The notes under the pieces: generated by a model
What the model was told of the DNA's origin: nothing
What the model saw: only the letters and a program-made list of their open reading frames with translations
Database searches by the model: none
Shown: positions 20,390-29,056 of the stretch, piece after piece
Layout of the letters: each line of letters begins with the position of its first letter
Numbering within the stretch: the first letter of the stretch is position 1
Translations under genes and position numbers: made by a program
Source of the DNA: an uncultured Spirochaetota bacterium
Lineage (GTDB): Bacteria > Spirochaetota > Spirochaetia > SZUA-6 > Fen-1364
Length of the DNA stretch: 64,000 nucleotides
Reading direction: 5' to 3'
NCBI GenBank assembly: GCA_963845535.1
Contig: CAWJSK010000001.1
Coordinates: 160,001 to 224,000, forward strand

Positions 20390-20549
20390 TTCTCAGGAGC
20401 CTATTGCAGGATGGACCAAGCCGCCGGAGCGAGGTCGATGACTACGATGGCGGAGGTATCCAGCAGGGCGTCCACCTGCGGCGCGATCACCTTTTTCCAG
20501 TGGTTCTATCATGCGCTTGCCCTGCCACGCAAGGAATCGCACAAAATGC

Positions 20550-20622
20550 TTGATTTGACAGCTCTGCCATGATATAAATACGATAATCGTAGTAATCAGT
20601 CGCTTATTCTACATTTTTCGTA
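20550..20622 (+). promoter_or_regulatory. ald sigma70-type promoter with two candidate Lrp/AsnC operator boxes
   Basis: TTGACA (20555..20560)-18 nt-TACGAT, overlapping TTGATT-17 nt-TATAAA. 13-bp boxes TACGATAATCGTA (20579..20591) and TACATTTTTCGTA (20610..20622). RBS AGGAGG follows. Confidence 0.65.
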
Positions 20623-20633
20623 GGAGGTGGCCA

Positions 20634-21747
20634 ATGAAGGTGGGCTGCGTCAAGGAAATCAAGAGACATGAGTATCGGGTGGGCATGACGCCTCATTGCG
20701 TGCAGGCGTACGTCTCCCACGGGCACCAGGTCGTGATCCAGGCAGGGGCCGGCACGGATGCTGGATTTGAGGATTCCGAGTACAAGGCTGCGGGGGCGCG
20801 GATTGAGGCGGACCGGAAAAAGATCTTTGCTGACAGCGACATGATAATCAAGGTCAAGGAGCCGCAGCCGGAGGAATACCCGCTCCTCCACGAGGGCCAG
20901 GTGCTCTTTACGTACCTCCATCTGGCGGCGGACGAGCAGCAGACACGCGCGCTCCTGGGGCGCAAAATAAAGGGCGTTGCGTATGAGACCATCCAGATGA
21001 AGGACGGCACTCTTCCATGCTTGAAACCAATGAGTGAAATCGCGGGGCGCTTGAGCGTGCAGGAAGGCGCCAAGTACCTCGAGAAGCCGTTCGGCGGACG
21101 TGGCGTCCTCCTGGGCGGCGTCCCGGGCGTGGCAAGGGGCCGGGTAGGCATTCTTGGCGGCGGCGTGGTGGGCCTGAACGCGGCGAAGATCGCCGTCGGT
21201 ATTGGAGCAGAGGTCACGGTGCTCGACGTGAATCCCAACAGGCTTGCCTATCTTGACGATATCTTCCGCGGCGAGATGTCGACGTTGTACGCCACGGAGA
21301 AGAACATCGAGACCGTGGTCGCGGAGAGTGACCTGATCATTGGCGCAGTGCTGATCCCCGGCACCCAGGCGCCAAGGCTCATCAAGCGCGCGCACCTGAA
21401 GATGATGAAAAAACGCTCCGTGATTGTCGACGTGGCGGTGGACCAGGGCGGCTGCGTGGAAACCACGAGACCTACGACGCATGATGACCCGGTGTTCGAG
21501 GTGGACGGAGTGGTGCATTACTGCGTGGCAAACATGCCCGGCGCCGTCGCGCTCACCAGCACGCTCGCCCTGACGAGCAGCACGCTCTCCTATGGTCTGG
21601 CCATTGCCGACAAGGGAGTGGAGGAGGCGTGCCGCGACGAACCCGGACCTGATGCACGGCCTCAACGTGTACGAAGGCAAATGCACGTTCGACGGTGTGG
21701 CGAAGGCGTTCGACCTTGCCTACACTTCCCCCAGCGCGATACTGTAA
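20634..21747 (+). CDS. ald: Alanine dehydrogenase (apparent +1 frameshift at ~21631-21650; restored C-terminus NPDLMHGLNVYEGKCTF...SAIL)
   Basis: KEIK.HEYRVGMTP, FTYLHLAA, PMSEIAGR, GGGVVG, DVAVDQGGC, YCVANMPGAV. Confidence 0.93.
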
Positions 21748-21753
21748 GGGTTC

Positions 21754-22188
21754 ATGCAGCCAGATGACACCGACTGGAAGATCATCTCGATCCTGAAGCG
21801 GGGGGATGTCCCGAACAACACAATCGCCCGCAAGCTCGGAGTCTCGGAAGGAACCGTGAGGGCCCGCCTCAAGCGTCTGAAAGAGGCGGGCATCCTCCAG
21901 GTGCGGGCGCTCATCAACCCCGACGTCCTTGCAAACAAGCAACTGGTGATCGTGGCGGTCCGTGTGGCGGAGTCCAAGCTTTTGGAGCGAAAAGCCGAGG
22001 AGCTTGCCGGGCTGGAAAACGTCCTCTCCGTCTCCATTGCCTCCGGACGCTACGACCTCATTGCGGAAGTGCTGCTGGATTCCAACCGCGGTCTTGTTCG
22101 CTTTCTGACGGAGGAGCTCTCCAGCATCGAAGGGATCCTTGCCTCGGAAAGCTTCATCATGTTGAAAAACTACAACAAGTTCGTGTGA
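21754..22188 (+). CDS. Lrp/AsnC family transcriptional regulator
   Basis: DDTDWKIISIL, HTH IARKLGVSEGTVRARLKRL, SGRYDL. Confidence 0.92.
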   Translation: MQPDDTDWKIISILKRGDVPNNTIARKLGVSEGTVRARLKRLKEAGILQVRALINPDVLANKQLVIVAVRVAESKLLERKAEELAGLENVLSVSIASGRYDLIAEVLLDSNRGLVRFLTEELSSIEGILASESFIMLKNYNKFV

Positions 22189-22203
22189 AGGGGGAAAGCG
22201 TCG

Positions 22204-23059
22204 ATGGGCAAAAAAAAGAGCATCCATGATTTCCTGCAGATGAAGAAAGGAAGGGAAGAAGATCGTCTTCCTTACCTCCTATGATTTCCCGACGGCCCAG
22301 TTCGCGGAGGCCGCCGGGTTGGACATGCTCTTGGTGGGAGACTCCCTGGGCATGTGCGTCTACGGCTACGAGGGGACCGTCCCCGTGGTCATGGACCAGA
22401 TGATCTTCCACGCGGAGGCGGTCCGGCGCGGGGCGCCGAACACGTTCGTGATCGGCGACATGCCCTTCATGAGCTACCAGAGCAGCATTGAGAAGGCCGT
22501 GGAGAATGCGGGCAGGTTCCTGAAGGAAGCCGGCTGTGATGCCATCAAGCTCGAAGGCGGGAAAAGGGTCGCGCGCGTGATCCAGGCGATTGTGGATGCC
22601 GGGATCGTCGTGATGGGGCACGTGGGGCTTACGCCGCAAAGCTCGGGCCAGCTCGGCGGACACAAGGCCCAGGGAAGGACGGCTGAGCAGGCAAAGCTGG
22701 TGGTGGAAGATGCCCTGGCGGTGCAGGAGGCGGGCGCGCACATGATACTCCTGGAGGCAATCCCGCCCGAGGTGGGGCAGTACATCGCAAAGACGCTCCG
22801 CATCCCGGTCCTGTCCATTGGAGCGGGTCCGGGCGCGGACGGCCAGCTCCTCATCGTTTCCGACCTGATCGGGCAGTTTCAGGCGTTCACCCCGAAGTTC
22901 GTCCGCAAGTACTGCAACGTTGCCGAGGTGGTGACAACGGCCATGAAGGCGTATTGCGCCGACGTGCGGGAAGCTTCATTCCCCGCGGAAGAGCACTGCT
23001 ACAGGATGCTGGAGGGCGAGGAGGAGAAGTTCGTCGCCCTCATGAAGCCAAAAAAGTAG
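22204..23059 (+). CDS. panB: 3-methyl-2-oxobutanoate hydroxymethyltransferase (apparent +1 frameshift at ~22246)
   Basis: MGKKKSIHDFLQMKK joins KIVFLTSYD; LLVGDSLGM, GDMPFMSY, KLEGG, GHVGLTPQ, IGAG...DGQLL. Confidence 0.93.
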
Positions 23060-23124
23060 CGCGGCGATCGGCAAGTCGCCGCCGCGGTCGGCGCGCAACC
23101 GCCGCGCGGTTGGCTTCGCGGTCC

Positions 23125-26100
23125 CTACTGCGTCCAATCCGTCCCGAAAAGCTCGGCAGCTTTGTCCGCGCGCGCCGCGCGGCCCTGTCCGGGGGCTGCC
23201 GCCGCGGCGCCGAACAGCGGATACCGGGCGGCAAGCCCCGGATCCACCTTGCTCATCCGCTGGTAAGCTTTTTTCGCATCAACCTGGTTGCCCGCCTGGA
23301 AGTAGGAATACGCGAGCGCGATCAGCACCCGCGTATTCTCCGGCTGGAGCTTCTGAGCGCGCTTGAGGTACTCCTGGGCTTTCGCATAATCCTTCTTGAG
23401 CCCGCAGACGTTGGCCGCGTTGATCATTGCGGGAACGTACTTGCTTGCCACGATGGCTTTTTCAAAATGCTCCAGAGCCTTGGAGAGCAGGCCGAACTGG
23501 GCATACAGAATGCCCAGCTGGTTCTCCTGCGCCGCAGAGGGGCTCTTGGCCAGCGCGGCCAGCAGATCAGCCTCCCTCGGGGCCAGCACCGCGGCGCGGA
23601 AAGCATCGATCTCCCCATTCAGCAGCGCAAGCATCTGGTCGCGCGCCGGAGGCACCGTCGAAGGGACTCCGAAGAAGCCTGCCGGGAGATAGAGCTGCCA
23701 CGCTTCCTTCGACGTGAAGAACCCCGCCGTGCCGCGCTCGCTCGCTTCCCGCCACTCCACGGCCGCTGTCTGCCACGCCTTCGTGAAGCCTTCGTCCACC
23801 ATGGTTGTTTCCACCGGCATCCATACGACTCCGGCGCGGACAATGAGGTCCTCTGACTTCGCGAACGTCTTGGAGGCAAGCTCGGGCGTCATGCCGAGGT
23901 TGAAAGCCGCGAAGATGTGGCCCGGGGTCGTGATGTAGGCGGTGTCGACTCCTACTGACTCCAGCAGGCTGTTGTAGAGGACCGAGAGATCGTCACACTG
24001 GCCTGATTTGGCGTCGAGAGTCTCGGTGGGGAACCTCAGAAAATCGATGGCGGTGGAGTCGCGGGACAACGATTCGTAGGGAGTGGCCGGATCCACGACA
24101 TAGCGCACCCCGGTTGCTTTCATGCCCTCGAACATGCGGACCGCTGAAAACAGATTGCGGGTGAGCACGTTCGTGGCAAGGTCGTCCCCCATCCCCATGA
24201 CCTGTCCGCTCCAGCGCAGCAGCGCGGGGTCATCCGTGGACATGAAGGCGCCCACCTTCAGGTCATTCGTCCAGCGCATTGCGTTGCGGTTCAAAAGGCC
24301 GATGGGTCGCCGGATGGTGTCCGCGTACGGCTTGCCCCCCACGGTGTACTGGATGGACAGCTCAGCGGAGACCGAGCCGCCCTGGTTCCTGTCCAGGACG
24401 GAAGGGTCGAACACCGCGCGGATGCTCACATCCACGCTCTGTCCCACCCCAAGCGCCGCGGGCGCGGCGGCGTCCGTGGGCGCCTTCATGAGGCCGGGCA
24501 CATTCAGCCGCACGGAGAGGTCCGTGATCGTGTTTGCCCCGGTGTTCTGCAGGGTCAGAGTCCCCAGGGAATGGTCGGCGTAGTAATGGAACAAGGCGGG
24601 GAACACGCCGTCGATGCTCAGGTTGCGCACGAGCAGGTCAGGGCCGATGGTGGTGCTTGGCACCCGCGCGCCATAGCGGTCAAGCTTCTCCCCGGTGAAC
24701 GGGTTTTCCCACAGGCCCACGGGGAACTGCTCGGTGGTATCAGGCAGCGAGACGCGGAAGTCGTCATACGTCGTGCCGTCATCCGTCTGAAGACGTGTCG
24801 CGCGAACACGAGCGGCCTGCCAGTTCTTGTACAGGTCACGGGCGGGGTCACGCTCCAGCTTCACCACGGCGTCGGTGTCCATGAAATGGATGCTGTACGT
24901 CTTGGAGTCGATGGCATAGGTCCCCTGGGTCTGCAGGGGCACGGAGACTTCGTACAACGCCCCCTTGGCCGGTGCGCGCTCAGCGCTGAAGTGCTTCTCC
25001 GTCTCCTCCTGCAGCAGGGAGGCTGCCCGCCCGCGCGCCTTGCCTCGACGCGCGGCGTACTCCTTCTCCGTCTCGAACATGTCGCGGGGAGCCGTGTCCG
25101 CGGGAGCAAGCGAAGAGAGGATCCGCGCCGAGGTTGCATCATCAAGGAAGTCCCTCTGGGCCGTGGAAAGCTTCCCGCCCAGAAGCGTGAACAGCCCGCC
25201 GAGCGGGGAAGGCCCAACGCCTGTCAAAGACCACTGGCCTACCGCGTTGGTGTCCGCGCGGCCAGCAATGGCGAGCCTGGTTCCGTCCATGGAGAACCTC
25301 ATGGCGCGCACCAGCCCGATGTGCGGGGTGAACGTTGCGGCCGCCTGCCATGATCCGTTGACAAGGCGCCATGCGCGAACGTCGCGGTAATGACCCGTCA
25401 GGAGGAGGGCCCCATCAGGGGTGAAAGCAACGCTGATGACCGCCCCAAGCTCGATGTCGGGAACTTTCTGTGCCAGGCGCAGGTCAGTCCCCGTGCGCTC
25501 GAAAACCATGAGGACGTCGGCATAGCCGGCGGCAATCCAACGGCCGTCGGGAGAAAACGCGAGCTGAGAGAACTCGTAGGAGAGGTTATTCTCCTCGTTT
25601 TCGTACTTGGATACCGCGGTCAGGTGATCCTGGTCCACGCGATACAAGACGATACGACGGGCCGTGTCATCCGTTTCGCACGTAACCACAAGGGAGCCAT
25701 CCGGTGAGAATGCCACGGAGTTGACCGAGCCTTCGTGGTCCGCCAGCTTGTCCGCGAGCGTGAAGCTTGCCCCGTCACGCCGCCAGAGGAACACTTCCTT
25801 CTCCGCCGCGCTCACCATGCGCGCGCCGTCGGGGCTCAACGCAATGCAATCAACCGTGCCGCTGTGTCCGCTCAGGACGGAAATCGGCTCACCGGTCCGC
25901 GGGTTCACGAGCGTGATGTCGTTCTCCGTCCTGTAGGCCGGATAGATCAGGAAAGACTCGTCGGGGGCGAACTGCAGCATGGGGGCGTGGCGGAAAGTGC
26001 CCGCCCAATACACGGGTTGGCGGTGGCGCCAGAGAAGCTCCCAGTTCTCATCCAGCACTCGTACCGAGTTTCCGTCCGTGCGGTCCGCTATTGCGGTGTA

Positions 26101-26259
26101 GGTGCCGAACCGGGAAAGCGCCACGTCCACGGCATCCACGGCGGTGGAGCAAAAGCGCACTTGGGTGGCGGTGAAATCATCCGCACGCGCCGGCGCCGCG
26201 GCGGAGAGCGCGGCGGCAAGGCCCGTAAGGCAAACCAAGACCAATCTGAATCTGTTCAC
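23125..26259 (-). CDS. Secreted WD40 beta-propeller plus transglutaminase-like plus TPR protein
   Basis: Signal peptide; WD40 repeats (GHSGTVDCIALSPDG, SVNSVAFSPDG); GQCDDLSVLY...TTPGHIF...PVETT; C-terminal TPRs (NQLGILYAQFG). Confidence 0.8.
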   Translation of the reverse strand: MNRFRLVLVCLTGLAAALSAAAPARADDFTATQVRFCSTAVDAVDVALSRFGTYTAIADRTDGNSVRVLDENWELLWRHRQPVYWAGTFRHAPMLQFAPDESFLIYPAYRTENDITLVNPRTGEPISVLSGHSGTVDCIALSPDGARMVSAAEKEVFLWRRDGASFTLADKLADHEGSVNSVAFSPDGSLVVTCETDDTARRIVLYRVDQDHLTAVSKYENEENNLSYEFSQLAFSPDGRWIAAGYADVLMVFERTGTDLRLAQKVPDIELGAVISVAFTPDGALLLTGHYRDVRAWRLVNGSWQAAATFTPHIGLVRAMRFSMDGTRLAIAGRADTNAVGQWSLTGVGPSPLGGLFTLLGGKLSTAQRDFLDDATSARILSSLAPADTAPRDMFETEKEYAARRGKARGRAASLLQEETEKHFSAERAPAKGALYEVSVPLQTQGTYAIDSKTYSIHFMDTDAVVKLERDPARDLYKNWQAARVRATRLQTDDGTTYDDFRVSLPDTTEQFPVGLWENPFTGEKLDRYGARVPSTTIGPDLLVRNLSIDGVFPALFHYYADHSLGTLTLQNTGANTITDLSVRLNVPGLMKAPTDAAAPAALGVGQSVDVSIRAVFDPSVLDRNQGGSVSAELSIQYTVGGKPYADTIRRPIGLLNRNAMRWTNDLKVGAFMSTDDPALLRWSGQVMGMGDDLATNVLTRNLFSAVRMFEGMKATGVRYVVDPATPYESLSRDSTAIDFLRFPTETLDAKSGQCDDLSVLYNSLLESVGVDTAYITTPGHIFAAFNLGMTPELASKTFAKSEDLIVRAGVVWMPVETTMVDEGFTKAWQTAAVEWREASERGTAGFFTSKEAWQLYLPAGFFGVPSTVPPARDQMLALLNGEIDAFRAAVLAPREADLLAALAKSPSAAQENQLGILYAQFGLLSKALEHFEKAIVASKYVPAMINAANVCGLKKDYAKAQEYLKRAQKLQPENTRVLIALAYSYFQAGNQVDAKKAYQRMSKVDPGLAARYPLFGAAAAAPGQGRAARADKAAELFGTDWTQ

Positions 26260-26316
26260 GATTGTGCGCTCCCTTTGGTTTGCCGCGAGTGTACCACGGC
26301 CCGCGGCCCGAGGCCA

Positions 26317-27456
26317 CTATCGGTTGACGTGCACGACCTTTGCCGGCGGGAACCCGTTGAAGAAAGTGGCGGAAGCGTGACTGTACGCGCCAATCATGTC
26401 GCTGTACACGAAATCCCCTCTTCGCAGGAGGGGCAGGTTTTCCGCCACGGAAATCACGTCCAGGGCGTCACAGGTGGGCCCGAAGACCGCGCTGATCTGC
26501 GTTGGGCCGTCCTTGAAAGCTTTCACGGGGTATTGGCAGTGGTCGAAAATGATCCCCGAGTAGGTGTGATAGACGCCGTCATTTACGTAGTAGCACTTCT
26601 TGCCATCCCGGACCGCCGTGCCGATTACTTCCGAGACGGAGTACCCCGAGGATGCCACCAGGAACCGTCCCGGCTCGGCAAGGACCTCGATGTTGGGCGG
26701 GAACAGCCGGTCCAGCTCCGAGTTGATGATGGCGGCCAGCTCATGGAACGGCTTGACCGTCTCATTGTATGCGACAGGGAACCCGCCCCCGATGTCCACC
26801 AGGTTCATGGCGGTGTAGCCTCGGTCCTTGGCTTCCTCGAAGACGCTCGCCGTGAGCTCCAAGGCCTGGACGTAGTTTCCGAAGTTCGTTGTCTGGCTTC
26901 CCACGTGGAAGCTGATCCCCTCAACCACGAGCCCCGCCTTGTCCGCATCCAGAATGAGGTCCACCGCTTCCCCCGGGGAGGCGCCGAACTTCGATGAGAG
27001 CTCCACCATGGCCCCCGTGTTGGGGACCCGGAGCCTGAGGGCGAGCCCCGCGTGCGGGGCAAACTCCTTGATCTTCTGGATCTCATCCGCGTTGTCGAAC
27101 GTCACCAGGGGCTTGTACTGATCCAGCTTTGCCAGCGTCTGCGGGGTCTTGGTGGGGTTGGCATAGATGATCCTGTCCCAGATCCAGTCCTGGCGCTTGT
27201 CCGCCGGCATGTCCCTGATGTTTTCATAGACCACCATGAACTCCGGCAGGGAGGCCACGTCGAAGCTCGATCCTTCCTCGAAAAGGGTCCGCACGATGGC
27301 GGGGTCCGGATTGGCCTTCACGGCGAAGTAGGCCTGCACGCGCGGCAGGTGCTCACGGAAAGTCCGATAGCTCTTTCGGATTTCCTCATGATCAACGACG
27401 AACAGGGGCGTTCCGTGCTCCCTGCCCAGTTCTTCCAGACGACCGCGTTCGATCAC
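26317..27456 (-). CDS. Fold-type III PLP-dependent ornithine (lysine/ornithine) decarboxylase
   Basis: FAVKANP (PLP Lys), FDVAS, SKFGA, SFHVGSQ, DIGGGF, EPGRF, GPTCDALD, GAYS. GTG start at 27456 after GGAG. Confidence 0.88.
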   Translation of the reverse strand: MIERGRLEELGREHGTPLFVVDHEEIRKSYRTFREHLPRVQAYFAVKANPDPAIVRTLFEEGSSFDVASLPEFMVVYENIRDMPADKRQDWIWDRIIYANPTKTPQTLAKLDQYKPLVTFDNADEIQKIKEFAPHAGLALRLRVPNTGAMVELSSKFGASPGEAVDLILDADKAGLVVEGISFHVGSQTTNFGNYVQALELTASVFEEAKDRGYTAMNLVDIGGGFPVAYNETVKPFHELAAIINSELDRLFPPNIEVLAEPGRFLVASSGYSVSEVIGTAVRDGKKCYYVNDGVYHTYSGIIFDHCQYPVKAFKDGPTQISAVFGPTCDALDVISVAENLPLLRRGDFVYSDMIGAYSHASATFFNGFPPAKVVHVNR

Positions 27457-27473
27457 GAACGTGCTCCCATCAA

Positions 27474-28943
27474 TCAGTCCCCTTCTTTCACGAGAAAATT
27501 TCTGAACTGCCACGGATCCGAGAAGTCGAAGTCCGGGTTGCTGTATTTTTCGAAGGTCCTGGGAAGGTCCTTGAGCGGCGTCCAATCCGATGGCGTGGAG
27601 ATGAACCGTCCCAGGTACGGGCGGGCAAGGTCCAGCACGAAGTCATGGGGTAGGTCCTCCGGCAGCACCACCCCGCGCTCGGGATTCTGGATCATCCAGG
27701 TGACCGCTGCAACAACGGAAATGGCCACTTGCATGGTTGTAGCGTTGTGATGGGGCAGGAGTCGACGGGACTCTTCAATGCTCAGGTCGCTCCCGATCCA
27801 CCACGATACGAGGGGATGGCCCATGAGGAGGGCTCCGAGTGCGTCATTGCCCGTGGTGATTTCATCAGTCATGATCCGTTGGCGCGACTGGAGCTTGTAA
27901 TTGTTGCCGCGCAATTCCGTCAGGGAAGCGATGGCTGCGTCGCACGGACAGTAGGCGTAATGCACGGTGGGACGATACACGGGCTTGCCCGCCTCTTTCA
28001 CCGTCAGCCGCTCGGAGATGCTGAAAGCCTCCCCGTGCCGGATCACCATGCCTTGGATGGGCCCGGAGGGGACCCACGAACGCACCCAGGTGTTCATCCC
28101 CATGCGCGCCAGGCAGATCTGGTTGCACGGCCCGGCCGAATGCTGGAATGAGAGAGGAGGCAGCCATTTCTCATGCGTCCCCCATCCCATCTCCGCCGTG
28201 GTGGTGCCCTCCTCATGGAAGCCTTCGATGCTCCACGTGTTGACGAACTCATCCACGGCTTTCGGAAGGTTTGCCACTTGCGTGTCACGTTCGCTGCAAT
28301 GGATGACCTTGACGCCCAGGGCTTTTGCCAGCGGGCCGAAGCTCCGGGACTCCAGGTGCGCGCGGATTTCATCCGCGGTGCCGTCACGCAACGCCCCACG
28401 CGCGCTGCCGTCCGACAGCACTGCGTTGGCCACGTCCATGAGGCCTCGCTTGGTGAAATGGGAGATCAGCCCGGGGTTGGCCCCATGCTCGAGCACTGCC
28501 GTGGGACCCGGCTCCTTCCATTTTGCCAGCCTGTCCCACAGCCGCATATGGCGCCAGTACAAGGTCCTGTTCGTGGGAGGGGTGGAACCGTCCGCCGTGT
28601 ACGGGTCCCACACCTCCGTGGAAGTGTTGACGTACAGGACCCCGTGGTCATGGCACCACTGCAGGATGTCCCCCGCGTCGATATTCCATGCGAGGTCGAT
28701 TATCAGGTCTCCCCGCGAGGCGTATTTCCCCAGCAACGCGCCCAGGTTCTCCGGCGCCACGCGGGCTCGAACAACTGTCGCTCCCTTTGCCGTCCATTCA
28801 GCGAGGCGGGGAGCGCGGTCCTCGAAGTCCATGATGGTGAGCGTGCGGGGGTCAGCGTCCAGGTGGCGAAAGAGGATGGGCAAAGTGCATTCAGCAACGG
28901 CGCCGAAGCCGAGGAAAAGAATTCTTCCTGGGAAATGAGTCAT
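27474..28943 (-). CDS. hss: Homospermidine synthase
   Basis: GFGAVA, HGANPGLISHF, IHCSERDTQ, FVNTWSIEGF.EEG, RPTVHYAY.PC, NATTMQVA. Confidence 0.88.
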   Translation of the reverse strand: MTHFPGRILFLGFGAVAECTLPILFRHLDADPRTLTIMDFEDRAPRLAEWTAKGATVVRARVAPENLGALLGKYASRGDLIIDLAWNIDAGDILQWCHDHGVLYVNTSTEVWDPYTADGSTPPTNRTLYWRHMRLWDRLAKWKEPGPTAVLEHGANPGLISHFTKRGLMDVANAVLSDGSARGALRDGTADEIRAHLESRSFGPLAKALGVKVIHCSERDTQVANLPKAVDEFVNTWSIEGFHEEGTTTAEMGWGTHEKWLPPLSFQHSAGPCNQICLARMGMNTWVRSWVPSGPIQGMVIRHGEAFSISERLTVKEAGKPVYRPTVHYAYCPCDAAIASLTELRGNNYKLQSRQRIMTDEITTGNDALGALLMGHPLVSWWIGSDLSIEESRRLLPHHNATTMQVAISVVAAVTWMIQNPERGVVLPEDLPHDFVLDLARPYLGRFISTPSDWTPLKDLPRTFEKYSNPDFDFSDPWQFRNFLVKEGD

Positions 28944-29056
28944 GATACGCGGCCGCCCCCTTGCTGCGTTGGCTCGTCTCTCTGCCGTTTTCCGGGACGC
29001 ACTATAGGGCCATTGACGGCGCTTTGCAATAGGTCGGGCAGGCAGGCAAAGGTCGG

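Noticed and set aside
20390..20545. Possible small ORF or riboswitch between MATE and ald
   Set aside because: Short ORFs on both strands lack an RBS or recognisable motif, and I could not identify a known aptamer.
19063..20553. 496-aa alternative-frame ORF over the MATE gene, and other long shadow ORFs (e.g. 40879..42591, 43406..45007, 54580..56058)
   Set aside because: They are Arg/Gly/Pro-rich with no motifs, as expected for off-frame reading of high-GC coding DNA.
20634..23059. ald-lrp-panB as a novel pathway
   Set aside because: All three are ordinary housekeeping families, and adjacency alone does not support a functional link.
23060..23124. GC-rich hairpins between convergent panB and the WD40 gene
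   Set aside because: There is no U-tract and such stems are common at this GC content, so I cannot call a terminator or REP.
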